DNA of 62,873 bases from Synechococcales cyanobacterium VAR_4_metabat_354 (lineage in GTDB: Bacteria; Cyanobacteriota; Cyanobacteriia; Cyanobacteriales; Chamaesiphonaceae). Where the stretch lies: assembly GCA_031414775.1 (NCBI GenBank), contig JANOQI010000020.1:1-62873 (forward strand). Direction: 5' to 3'. The position numbers and the translations under genes are program-made. The notes below the pieces were generated by a model. That model saw only the letters and a list, made by a program, of their open reading frames with translations, was not told where the DNA came from and ran no database searches. Positions 9,717 through 20,127 of this stretch are shown here, piece by piece (positions within the stretch are counted from its first letter, which is position 1; the number at the start of each line of letters is the position of its first letter).

Positions 9717-9748
9717 AAATGCTCTCTAGTCTAGACTAGAGAGCATTT
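9717..9748. terminator. perfect 32-bp palindrome, likely terminator after mtnA
   Basis: AAATGCTCTCTAGTCT|AGACTAGAGAGCATTT. Confidence 0.7.
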
Positions 9749-9792
9749 AAGTTTGAGTTAAGAAAATCCTATTCTCTTGAAATCGACCCTTA

Positions 9793-9890
9793 TGTAGGGG
9801 GGTTTGTTCGCGTTAGCGTCTCCTCTTAGGAGTGGGGAGGCATCTCCGTCCCCTCAATGGGGGGACTGGGGGTCAGAACCCCCAGATCCA
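9793..9890. repeat. GC-rich multi-hairpin REP/small dispersed repeat-like element
   Basis: Four adjacent short hairpins (9820-9832, 9836-9847, 9848-9866, 9866-9885) preceded by GTTCGCGTTAGCGTCTCC, between convergent mtnA and ahcY. Confidence 0.5.
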
Positions 9891-9942
9891 GGTTTTCCCA
9901 GACAATAAGTTACAGCTGGTATTAACCCAAACTCACGTTACT

Positions 9943-11349
<1,407 letters not shown>

Positions 11350-11397
11350 CTACTATGTTTGGCATCCAAGCCAGCCCAATATCTTTATGGGTGGCGC

Positions 11398-12174
11398 TTA
11401 CATGCCGATAGTTTCATAACCAGCATCTACATATATAATTTGCCCAGTTATGCCACTGGATAGATCACTTCCCAAAAAAGCCGCAGTATTACCGACTTCG
11501 GTTTGAGTTACCGTGCGGTGTAGCGGCGCAATATCTTCGACATGATGAATCATGTCCAAAATACCCCCGACGGCCGAAGAAGCCAAAGTCCGCATCGGGC
11601 CCGCTGAGATCCCGTTGACCCGAATATTGTCTGGTCCCAACTCTGTGGCTAGGTAACGCACACTCATTTCCAATCCAGCTTTAGCAATACCCATTAGATT
11701 ATAGTTGGGGACAACTTTTACACCACCTAAATAGGTGAGAGTGATAATACTGCCACCACTACGCAGCAAGGGCTTGGCCGCACCCACCAGCCGGGTCAGC
11801 GAAAAAGTACTGATTTCCATCGCTTGGGCAAAACCAGCGCGGGAGGTTTTGCTGATATCTCCCGCCAAGTCTTCTTTGTTGGCAAAAGCTAAACAGTGAA
11901 TGAGGATATCGATGTTTCCCCACTTTTCTTTGATTTGACCAAAGGTCTGGTCAATTTGGGCATCATCTTGGACATTCAATGGCAAAAAAATGCTGGGATT
12001 TAATGATTCCACCAGCTTTCCTACTTTCTTTTCCATTTTGCCAGTCTCATCGGGGAGGTAGGTTACACCAATGTTTGCTCCGGCTTGATGGAGCTGTTGG
12101 GCAATTCCCCAGGCGATCGATTTATCGTTGGCAATACCGGTTACTAAGGCATTTTTATTCTTTAGGTCTAGCAT
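11398..12174 (-). CDS. fabI: enoyl-ACP reductase
   Basis: GIANDKSIAWGIA, YNLMGIAKA, SAGPMRTLA; start at MLDLKNK. Confidence 0.95.
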   Translation of the reverse strand: MLDLKNKNALVTGIANDKSIAWGIAQQLHQAGANIGVTYLPDETGKMEKKVGKLVESLNPSIFLPLNVQDDAQIDQTFGQIKEKWGNIDILIHCLAFANKEDLAGDISKTSRAGFAQAMEISTFSLTRLVGAAKPLLRSGGSIITLTYLGGVKVVPNYNLMGIAKAGLEMSVRYLATELGPDNIRVNGISAGPMRTLASSAVGGILDMIHHVEDIAPLHRTVTQTEVGNTAAFLGSDLSSGITGQIIYVDAGYETIGM

Positions 12175-12246
12175 CTGTACTTCACATTTACGGCGGCACT
12201 GGTCTATGATCTCATCATCGGGAGCGTTAGGGAAGAGTAGGCAAAT

Positions 12247-12260
12247 GTATTTGCTGATAC
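12247..12260. promoter_or_regulatory. NtcA binding site 1
   Basis: tGTA-TTTGCTGA-TACa, an exact GTA-N8-TAC upstream of ntcA. Confidence 0.8.
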
Positions 12261-12286
12261 AAAAAATGATCGGCAACTCGGATTAA

Positions 12287-12300
12287 GTAATATGGGATAC
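12287..12300. promoter_or_regulatory. NtcA binding site 2
   Basis: GTA-ATATGGGA-TAC, 40 bp downstream of site 1. Confidence 0.7.
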
Positions 12301-12439
12301 CAATCATTTCGCAGTGATTTGTTGGCGCAGCCTCTCCCCTAGAGAATTGCTATTCATAAAATTCCTAATATTTGCCCATAGTCTTATATTCAGGTCTTTC
12401 CAGATTAATTGGTCAAATCCATTTGGTGACGTGGTACAT

Positions 12440-13108
12440 ATGGTTGCATTACAAGACAGACCCCTATCAAACGTATTTCAGAGCATCGGTGGCTCGATTC
12501 CACCACTGGTGGAAACTTTCGATCGAGGGAAGACGATCTTTTTCCCCGGTGATCCGGCTGAACGGGTCTATTTTCTCCGCAAGGGAGCCGTTAAGCTCTC
12601 TAGAGTCTACGAAGCCGGTGAAGAGATTACGGTAGCCTTACTGCGCGAGAATAGTGTGTTTGGAGTATTGTCTTTGATAACTGGTAATCGATCGGATCGG
12701 TTCTATCATGCGGTGGCTTTTACCCCGGTAGAATTAATTTCGGCTCCGATCGAACAGTTTGAAAAAGCGCTGAAAGAGAATTCCGATATGTCTTGGCTGA
12801 TGCTCAAAGGTTTGTCTTCACGCATTTTACAGACGGAGATGATGGTCGAAACCTTAGCGCATCGCGATATGGGTTCGCGGTTGGTGAGCTTTTTACTGAT
12901 TTTGTGTCGCGATTTTGGGTTGCCAAATAATAACGGGATTACGATCGATCTACGGCTTTCCCACCAGGCAATCGCTGAAGCGATTGGCTCTACTCGCGTC
13001 ACCGTCACGAGGCTACTCGGCGACCTCAAAGATGGCGAGTTGATTTCGATCAATAAGAAGAAAATTACTGTTCATAATCCTATTACTTTAGGGCAGCAAT
13101 TCACCTAA
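12440..13108 (+). CDS. ntcA: global nitrogen regulator NtcA (Crp family)
   Basis: [37 protein letters not shown]; 222 aa from ATG 12440; divergent from fabI. Confidence 0.97.
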   Translation: MVALQDRPLSNVFQSIGGSIPPLVETFDRGKTIFFPGDPAERVYFLRKGAVKLSRVYEAGEEITVALLRENSVFGVLSLITGNRSDRFYHAVAFTPVELISAPIEQFEKALKENSDMSWLMLKGLSSRILQTEMMVETLAHRDMGSRLVSFLLILCRDFGLPNNNGITIDLRLSHQAIAEAIGSTRVTVTRLLGDLKDGELISINKKKITVHNPITLGQQFT

Positions 13109-13184
13109 GCTCAGTCAAGATTGACAATCATGAACAATGGTCAAACTACCGATAGAATGAAAGCAGTTTCGTCTTGAAGTATCT

Positions 13185-13985
13185 ATGCGAAAGGCTTTTC
13201 ATAACATTTTGGCCATTTATCGCCGCGAACTTTACGGTTACTTCCGGTCTCCGTTGGCTTATGTCATTACTGGCATCTTCTGGCTGATTTGCGGTGTATT
13301 GTTTGCGAGCATCTTGACTGATGTGATCCAACAATCAGCTTTAGCAGATTTCCAGCAACAACAAGGTGGTGAGACCGCATCCAGTCTGGATGTGCCTTAC
13401 CTATTTGTGCAGAGCTTTCTTAACAATGTTTTGGGTTCCATCAGTTTGTTGGCTCTACCACTGTTGTCGATGGGACTGTACGCTGAAGAACGAAAACAAG
13501 GCACGCTAGAGTTGCTGACCACTTCGCCTCTCAGCAACTGGGTGATCGCGGTGGGTAAGCTACTGGGAGTATTAACTTTATTCGTAACCATGATCGCCCC
13601 TTTTTTGGTGTTTGAGGCCATGGCCGTGACCAATAGTCAGCCACCCCTATCGCCATTAATTATTTTGATGGGGCATTTCGCTCTGATTCTGCAAGCAGCC
13701 GCAATTTTAGCTTGCGGTATGTGGATTTCGGCCTGTAGTAGCAGCTCGTTAGTAGCCGGATTTGGGACTTTTGTGTTGGTGACAGCTTGGAGTAACTTAG
13801 ATACTTTGTCCGATCGATTAGGCGGCAGCGTTGGTCAATTTATCAGCAACTTTTCGGTAGTTAATCATTTCCATCGACTGGCTAGCGGCGTAGTAGATAT
13901 TGGCAGTCTGGCGATCTTAACCAGTTATACTTTGCTGGGGATCTTTCTGACTGCTCAAACAATCGAATTGGGACGGCGACAGTAA
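13185..13985 (+). CDS. ABC-2 transporter permease (GldF-like)
   Basis: RRELYGYFRSPLAY, AEERKQGTLELLTTSP; six TM segments. Confidence 0.88.
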   Translation: MRKAFHNILAIYRRELYGYFRSPLAYVITGIFWLICGVLFASILTDVIQQSALADFQQQQGGETASSLDVPYLFVQSFLNNVLGSISLLALPLLSMGLYAEERKQGTLELLTTSPLSNWVIAVGKLLGVLTLFVTMIAPFLVFEAMAVTNSQPPLSPLIILMGHFALILQAAAILACGMWISACSSSSLVAGFGTFVLVTAWSNLDTLSDRLGGSVGQFISNFSVVNHFHRLASGVVDIGSLAILTSYTLLGIFLTAQTIELGRRQ

Positions 13986-14001
13986 ACAGCAATTAACAGT
14001 T

Positions 14002-15483
14002 ATGCAGAAAAGTATCGATCGACTCGGTCAATTTTCGCTCAAATATCTCTATGTCTGGGGTGCTGGCTTACTATCGATGGGCTTAGTAATGGGCTTGGTC
14101 AGTGACCAGTGGTGGCCAGCTCCCATCTTGATTATGTTGGTGGGCAGCAGCCTGGTGGGTACTTGGCTGTATTTGTGGCTCAGGAAAAGAGGATGGTTAC
14201 GATCAGGACAGCGCCGCATCTTAATCCAATCCCTAGCGGTGATCGCTTTATTCATTGCTATTAATAGCCTGGTTGTCCCTAATTCTGGGCGATTCGACCT
14301 GACCGAAAATCAGCTCTTCACCCTATCTAGCCAAACTCAGCAATTAGTAAAAGAATTGCCCCAGCCTTTAAAGGTCTGGATTTTTAGCCAGCATCCGACA
14401 GTGAGGATGGCCGAACTGCTAATTAATTATCAAAAGTTAAATCCCCAGTTTAAGTACGAATTTGCCAGCGACCAATCACCCACTGCCCAAAAGTTTCAAG
14501 TTCAAGCTCCTAATGAGGTGCATCTAGAATTTGGCAATAAAAAACAATTGCTAGCCACCTTGAACCCTGGCCAATTCTTGACTGAAAATATTCTGAATGC
14601 TGGCATTGAAAGAATTACCAGTGATCGACAGGAGCAGATTTATGTGGTGCAAGGACATGGCGAACCCGGTTTGGAAGGAGCCGCAATCAAAGCCTTGCAA
14701 GCCAAAAACTATCTGGTGAAACCATTGGTGCTGGCTCAAGCTCAGATTCCGACTGACACCACCTTACTCGCCCTCATTGGTAGCCAAAAACCATTGCTGC
14801 CGAATGAAGTGCAATCGATCGATCAATATCTGGGCAAAGGTGGTCGCCTGTTGCTCTTGCCTGACCCCAAAATCCAGCTGGGTCTAGATGCTGTGCTGCA
14901 AAAATGGGGCATTCAACTCAGTAATTATCTAGCGATCGATCCCACCAGTGCTAGCCAGTCCACCGGACTAAATCCGCAGATTGCGATCGTTACCAATTAC
15001 GGCCAGCATCCTATTACCCAAAGTTTTGGCAACGGCATCTCTCTATATCCCCTCGCTCGACCATTAGTCGTACAAAAAACTACCGGGGTGGAAGTCACGC
15101 CAATTTTGACCACTAGAAACGAGAGCTGGGCAACTATTCCTACTGCTACCCCCCAACTCAAGTTCCAAGCGGGCAAAGATCTACCAGGTCCATTAATTCT
15201 AGGGGTAGCCGCCCAAAAAGCCAGTAGCCGTCTGGTGGTGATTGGCAGCTCGCAATTTATGCGCGATGGTATTTTTGAGCAACAGTTGAATAGCGATGTG
15301 TTTTTAAATTCAGTAGGCTGGTTAAGTGAACGGCGCACTCTGGCTACTAACCCTAAAGAAATTACCAACCGCCGGATTAACTTATCTTTCTGGCAATCTC
15401 AGTTGTTGTTTTGGCTGCCGATCGTGGTATTGCCGGGAGCTAGTCTCACTGTGGCTGGTTTGCTATGGTGGAAAAGACGATGA
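14002..15483 (+). CDS. GldG-family ABC transporter auxiliary component
   Basis: RFDLTENQLFTLS, QGHGE, HPIT, N...FLNSVGWL, C-terminal TM + WWKRR. Confidence 0.88.
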   Translation: MQKSIDRLGQFSLKYLYVWGAGLLSMGLVMGLVSDQWWPAPILIMLVGSSLVGTWLYLWLRKRGWLRSGQRRILIQSLAVIALFIAINSLVVPNSGRFDLTENQLFTLSSQTQQLVKELPQPLKVWIFSQHPTVRMAELLINYQKLNPQFKYEFASDQSPTAQKFQVQAPNEVHLEFGNKKQLLATLNPGQFLTENILNAGIERITSDRQEQIYVVQGHGEPGLEGAAIKALQAKNYLVKPLVLAQAQIPTDTTLLALIGSQKPLLPNEVQSIDQYLGKGGRLLLLPDPKIQLGLDAVLQKWGIQLSNYLAIDPTSASQSTGLNPQIAIVTNYGQHPITQSFGNGISLYPLARPLVVQKTTGVEVTPILTTRNESWATIPTATPQLKFQAGKDLPGPLILGVAAQKASSRLVVIGSSQFMRDGIFEQQLNSDVFLNSVGWLSERRTLATNPKEITNRRINLSFWQSQLLFWLPIVVLPGASLTVAGLLWWKRR

Positions 15484-15493
15484 AAAATATGTT

Positions 15494-15898
15494 TTAGGTA
15501 TTGGTTTCGTCGGTAATTATGGTGGGGCTTAAACCTTTGAGTGATTTTAGTAAAGAGGCTGATTGTTGAAGATCGATCGCTTATTCCGTGACTCGTCGGA
15601 CGTATGGTGATTGGGCGAACATCGAATTGTATCCGGCTTTGCTGATGTTGATGCCTGGGGAAGTAACCGATCGATCTTGACCTGCCCAGGGGTAAACGTC
15701 ACCGAATAAGGTTTTGTGGATTTCTAGGACGTGTTTGTATTCGATGAGGTCAACAGCGGCCAGTGTGTTTATTGCTCGATCGAGGTTGATTTGAAATGAG
15801 GCATGTTCGAGAGCTTTGACTTGGGGGATGTCTTTGAAGCCGGGAAAGTTTCGTAGGTAGCCTTGGCTGTCGAAGTCACCGAATGGGTCAAAGTTCAC
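15494..15898 (-). pseudogene. Fic-family toxin, truncated or internally deleted
   Basis: FDPFGDF..GYLRN...IHKTLFGDVYPWAGQDR is a Fic N-terminus. A stop at 15581-15583 precedes any HPFxxGNGR motif. An in-frame tail AIDLQQSASLLKSLKGLSP...* continues to 15494. Confidence 0.7.
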
Positions 15899-16146
15899 AC
15901 GGAGCGCTCCTTTAGGTATTGGGCGTGGAGCAGGGTGTTATCTTTGCCGGTTAAAATTCCGGCGCGACCAATTTCAACCAGAAGCCATTGGGTTTCGTCT
16001 AGTTCGACCTCGCTATCGGAGAGCTGTGAGATGGTATTTCCCCATTCGTCTTGCTGAGAATGGTGGTGGGTGATGTTGTGTTGGTTGGCTAGCTGCTGGA
16101 TTTTTTGTTTGGTGGTTAGTTGGGGGGTGGTTTTAGCTACAGTCAT
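15895..16146 (-). CDS. putative antitoxin partner of the Fic gene
   Basis: 83 aa, AAAGGAG RBS before ATG 16146, GTGA overlap with the Fic start. Confidence 0.65.
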   Translation of the reverse strand: MTVAKTTPQLTTKQKIQQLANQHNITHHHSQQDEWGNTISQLSDSEVELDETQWLLVEIGRAGILTGKDNTLLHAQYLKERSV

Positions 16147-16324
16147 GACAAACTCCTTTTGATATAAAAATAATTTGAGAGTCAAGATACCTACTTTATT
16201 GAAAAGCTAGTTGTGTAAGTATCACAAGATTCATCAGCTCTAAGTTTACAAGACATAAGTTGACTTCTAATAGTTTGGTCATCATGAATTTTATTTGAGC
16301 TACATAAAGCGTTAATAAAATCAG

Positions 16325-16430
16325 ATCTTTCTGACAATCTAAATCTAAGTTATTATTTTGGCTGCCGATCGTGGTGTTACCAGTGGCCAGCCTATCTGTA
16401 GCTGGTATTTTGTGGTGGAAAAGACGCTAG
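16325..16430 (+). pseudogene. diverged duplicate of the gldG 3' end (direct repeat of 15384-15483)
   Basis: Reads F*QSKSKLLFWLPIVVLPVASLSVAGILWWKRR* versus FWQSQLLFWLPIVVLPGASLTVAGLLWWKRR* in the intact gene. Confidence 0.85.
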
Positions 16431-16501
16431 GGAATCAATTTCGATAGGTGTTGGAGCAGCCCAGCTTCAACAATGTCTCCAACTTTCAGAGTTAACATAT
16501 C

Positions 16502-17539
16502 TCACTTAACAGCATTTAACAGCTTAATCGGCCAAGATAAATGCAATACATGCCGTTCTTTCACAGTTATTGGCTGCTGATTGCCCAGTTTTAATCTTTG
16601 CTGGTGAAGCCAGATAAATACTGAGCTAGCTGGATGAAACTGTTGGACAAATTTTTCAAAGTCATCAAGTGTACAAGATTTCTGTGTACCACCCATCCAT
16701 TGATGAAAATGTTCGTGTACCTCGCAAGTGACACAAATAATGTTGTCAACACTATCTACTAGGTGTGGATATTCTGCACTGGAATAGAGATGGTGGCCAG
16801 CCATCGGAATTTTTTCAACTCTATTTCCTTTTACGTTAGTAACCTGACAAACACTACCAGCTTTTTTCTTTGCCTGTTGTTTTGCTGAATCTATCCCATC
16901 ACTCCTTTTCTTAATTTGCTTTAAGATATCATCCATACAAGGTGCTATTTCAAAACCAACATCGCCACACCAATCTTTACGATTACGGCGCTTAATTTCT
17001 TTGGCAAATACTTGTCCTAACTTCATCATTCCAGGTAAAGAATAGTAAATCCCTTGATCGGGTAAATCTAGATAATCTGAGCCTTGGATTAAAGTGGTCA
17101 AATCATCTTGCCTAGCTATTTCCGATATCTTCTTCAAATAGGATGGCTTAGTTCTGAAAATTGAAACCACATCCATTTTAGATAGAAAAAATATATTATT
17201 ATTCTGCACCAAAGATGAGCTATTATTTAAAATTTGCTGCCTTACAAAAGTCTTTCTAATGTCACCTTTAATAGCCTTAATTAACTTCTCGATCAGTTTT
17301 TGAAACCAGTTATTTTTTTGTTGTTTTCTGAACTCCAAACACTCAGCTACTGCAAAGGCACCAGCGAATGTATATTCTCGTAAACCAGAACTAGCAACAA
17401 CTCTATAATCCGCACCTAGCTTTAAGTCCCATTCGTCTTCAGGGTCGGCATCAATAAACTGCTCAAGATCAATTAGTTCTTGACCTGTGATATGGAGCGT
17501 CTCTATTAGCTGTTTGGAAGTAACAAATATTTCAGCCAT
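16502..17539 (-). CDS. HNH endonuclease with two tandem N-terminal putative DNA-binding repeats
   Basis: C-terminal CQVT...AGHHLY...DNIICVTCEVHEHFH; two repeats of LxxGxDY...Y[TS]xxG. Confidence 0.7.
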   Translation of the reverse strand: MAEIFVTSKQLIETLHITGQELIDLEQFIDADPEDEWDLKLGADYRVVASSGLREYTFAGAFAVAECLEFRKQQKNNWFQKLIEKLIKAIKGDIRKTFVRQQILNNSSSLVQNNNIFFLSKMDVVSIFRTKPSYLKKISEIARQDDLTTLIQGSDYLDLPDQGIYYSLPGMMKLGQVFAKEIKRRNRKDWCGDVGFEIAPCMDDILKQIKKRSDGIDSAKQQAKKKAGSVCQVTNVKGNRVEKIPMAGHHLYSSAEYPHLVDSVDNIICVTCEVHEHFHQWMGGTQKSCTLDDFEKFVQQFHPASSVFIWLHQQRLKLGNQQPITVKERHVLHLSWPIKLLNAVK

Positions 17540-18096
17540 TAAAATTTCTCTGTCAAACTATTACAAAAAACTGTCAATCTTTCAAAAATTCGTGCGTTTC
17601 CTGTTTTAGGAACATCTGGGTGGTAAATCTTGCAGAGTTTCCGATATACTTCCTTCACCTCTTCTGTCTTAGCTGTTTTAGCATCTAATCCAAATGTTCT
17701 CCAAGGCAATGAATAATTGAAGATGTTAATACCATTGATACAATCAGGACCCACCTCACCATCCTCATGGGGAAGCAATCCAATAAATTTACGATAAAGA
17801 ATCTCCCAGCTTTCCTTGAGACCAAGATTTAAATCCATACCTTCTGTTGCCATTTGGTAAGAGCCGTCTTTTTTTAAAGCCGGAGTACCCTTAACCTGGA
17901 AATACTTGCACACTGATTCTTTTAACTGAGACAAAGACAAAGCTTTTGGCTTTGCTGGGGGTTTTGGAGGTTTTACTTTATGATTCTTAATCACAAAATT
18001 AGCAAAATCTTCTAAAACATTAATCGCAACTGAATGTTCTAATGCAATTTGCGATATTTTTTCGTTGATTAATGGTGTCAGAATCGCTTTTTCCAT
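17539..18096 (-). CDS. J-domain (DnaJ-like) protein with C-terminal J domain
   Basis: PWRTFGL...EEVKEVYRKLCKIYHPD...GNARIFERL; intact HPD; TAATG overlap with the HNH gene. Confidence 0.8.
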   Translation of the reverse strand: MEKAILTPLINEKISQIALEHSVAINVLEDFANFVIKNHKVKPPKPPAKPKALSLSQLKESVCKYFQVKGTPALKKDGSYQMATEGMDLNLGLKESWEILYRKFIGLLPHEDGEVGPDCINGINIFNYSLPWRTFGLDAKTAKTEEVKEVYRKLCKIYHPDVPKTGNARIFERLTVFCNSLTEKF

Positions 18097-18285
18097 AATC
18101 GGCTCAGACTAACTGGAGAAATATACAGCAGAATTTAATTATTCCATATTTCAAGAGAATAAACTCTACTAACCCAATTATTCCCAATTAACTGACTAAC
18201 TAACCGTGGTTTGTCTAAATTTACTTCTAGCAGTGTTACTGAACAACACATTAAAAGCTCAAAGACCGTAAATTATCTACCATGT

Positions 18286-18735
18286 TTAAGTTTGGCAGGG
18301 ATCACTAGATGCAGGATGCAAACCAGTTTTTATCCATAATCGCCGGGTTGCTCGAATCGAATCTTCCTCTGGATAACGCACATCGTTTAAGTCTAAACGA
18401 ATACAAGTGGCTCGTCCCGTTGGCGTAACACCCTGGATTATTAACCCACCTATCCATATAAAATGCTCTGCCCATTTTTGACAACGAGGATTGAAAAGAG
18501 GGGCAATTTCTTGAGTTTCTGGATCAACGCCTGCCACAAAATTGTAACGCCGCTCGTTGCAACGACGACACGCTAAAGCAAGATTACTAATATCATCGGA
18601 ACCCTTTAAAGATCGCGGAATAATATGATCAACAGTAAAGCGATTAGCACTCAGACGTTCTGGAGAATGACAATATTCACATAAATAGCTTGCTCTTTTT
18701 CTGACTGCCTGCCTAGTCAAATCACTAACCGACAT
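18286..18735 (-). CDS. HNH endonuclease (small, McrA-like)
   Basis: CEYC...VDHIIPRSLKGSDDISNLALACRRCN; LFNPR..W..HF.W. Confidence 0.88.
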   Translation of the reverse strand: MSVSDLTRQAVRKRASYLCEYCHSPERLSANRFTVDHIIPRSLKGSDDISNLALACRRCNERRYNFVAGVDPETQEIAPLFNPRCQKWAEHFIWIGGLIIQGVTPTGRATCIRLDLNDVRYPEEDSIRATRRLWIKTGLHPASSDPCQT

Positions 18736-18964
18736 CTTGAACCGCAATCATTGCATTAATGTGAGTAAAAATGCGATCTAACTCCCCAATCGCATCTAAT
18801 TCGGCTACTTCTTCTGCCACTAACTGATCTGCTTTTTTCTTTTCTAACAATACTTCCATACGCTGTTGAAGTAGGTCACTAAATTTGAACAAATTCCATC
18901 TGTCAACTTTTTCAATGCAAATCTCGTGGATTAACGAGGAGGGTTTGTTAAGAATTGAAACCAT
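18725..18964 (-). CDS. small partner protein of the HNH (putative antitoxin)
   Basis: 79 aa, LQQRMEVLLEKKK..L...E..ELD; overlaps the HNH start; GGAG RBS. Confidence 0.7.
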   Translation of the reverse strand: MVSILNKPSSLIHEICIEKVDRWNLFKFSDLLQQRMEVLLEKKKADQLVAEEVAELDAIGELDRIFTHINAMIAVQDVG

Positions 18965-19051
18965 TATAGGCTCCGAGTTTCAGATTTTCGATGAGTGAAC
19001 AAATTATAGCTTCTATTGAAGTCCAAAAGCATCTTCTAGTAACCGGTTTTC

Positions 19052-19981
19052 TTAGCTAATTTGCGCTCTCAAGAGCGATCGGGGAACTCCCCACAACTTA
19101 CGGCTGTTACTAACATAAGCCCGCTGATTAAAAACATCATAATCATTACGTTCGATCGAATCCAAAATTTGCTGATAGAGCATCAAAGCAGCCCATACTG
19201 GCCACCGCGCATCAGGGCTGAGTGCTTTAATTCCCGACTCCGCTTCGCTGTAATAACGCCGCGCCCTGTCGATCTGAAACTTCATCAATTCTCGCCACTG
19301 CTTGTTCACTGTCCGGCGCAGCAGGTCTTCTTCGCTGTAATTAAAAGCCGCCAATTCATCGAGGGGCAAATAAATACGACCCCGCTCAATGTCTTCACCC
19401 ACATCACGCAGAATATTAGTCAACTGCTTGGCAATACCCAAAGATACCGCTTCGTTGACTGGTGCTGGTTGAAATTTACACCAAGGAGCAGTAAATTGTT
19501 GCCGATCAATACCCACAATCGCATTAGAAAGCAGACCGACCGTCCCAGCTACTCGGTAGCAGTACAAATATAATTCTTCAAAATTTTGGTAGCGCTGCTG
19601 TTGCAAGTCCATCCGCTGGCCAGCAATCATGTCTTGAAAGGGCTGCATTGCGATATCTGGGAAGTTCTGGATGGTATCGACTAAAGCCACGTCATATTTA
19701 TCGATCGGCTTGCCTGCAAAAGCGTACTTTAGCTGGGCTTCCCAATGGTCTAAAGTCTCCACCGTCGTATTGGCAGAATCAACCCCATCGACCAATTCAT
19801 CGGTGTTACGGCACCAGGCATAAATCGCCCAAATGGCTTGCCGCTTGGGTGCCGACATCAGCAGAGTGGCCAAATAGAAGGTCTTGCCACATTCTGCAAT
19901 TACCTGCCGACAAAGTTCGTAAGAATCGGCTAAGGACGGTAAGTTCTGATTGGTCACAAGGGGCTGAGGCAATTGCAGCAT
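19052..19981 (-). CDS. crtB: phytoene synthase
   Basis: KTFYLAT, TDELVD, YCYRVAGTVG, QLTNILRDVGED; start at MLQLP. Confidence 0.95.
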   Translation of the reverse strand: MLQLPQPLVTNQNLPSLADSYELCRQVIAECGKTFYLATLLMSAPKRQAIWAIYAWCRNTDELVDGVDSANTTVETLDHWEAQLKYAFAGKPIDKYDVALVDTIQNFPDIAMQPFQDMIAGQRMDLQQQRYQNFEELYLYCYRVAGTVGLLSNAIVGIDRQQFTAPWCKFQPAPVNEAVSLGIAKQLTNILRDVGEDIERGRIYLPLDELAAFNYSEEDLLRRTVNKQWRELMKFQIDRARRYYSEAESGIKALSPDARWPVWAALMLYQQILDSIERNDYDVFNQRAYVSNSRKLWGVPRSLLRAQIS

Positions 19982-20127
19982 TGGTTTGATGATGTTTATC
20001 GGGGAGGGAGGTGCAAATACCTCGAGGCTAGCTGGTGGGATGCCGCTCAAATTTTATGTCTCCTTGACCTTATCATTATTCGGAACTTTCTCTAGCCCCC
20101 ACCCGGAAGTTCCGGTAGGGAATCGCA

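Noticed and set aside
12175..12439. Long N-terminal extensions of fabI and ntcA in the ORF track
   Set aside because: They overlap the divergent promoter with the NtcA boxes; family lengths fit starts at 12174 and 12440.
15480..15532. Start of a DUF4340-type gene expected after gldG
   Set aside because: ATG 15480 gives MKNMF* only; the sequence is better explained as the antisense Fic tail.
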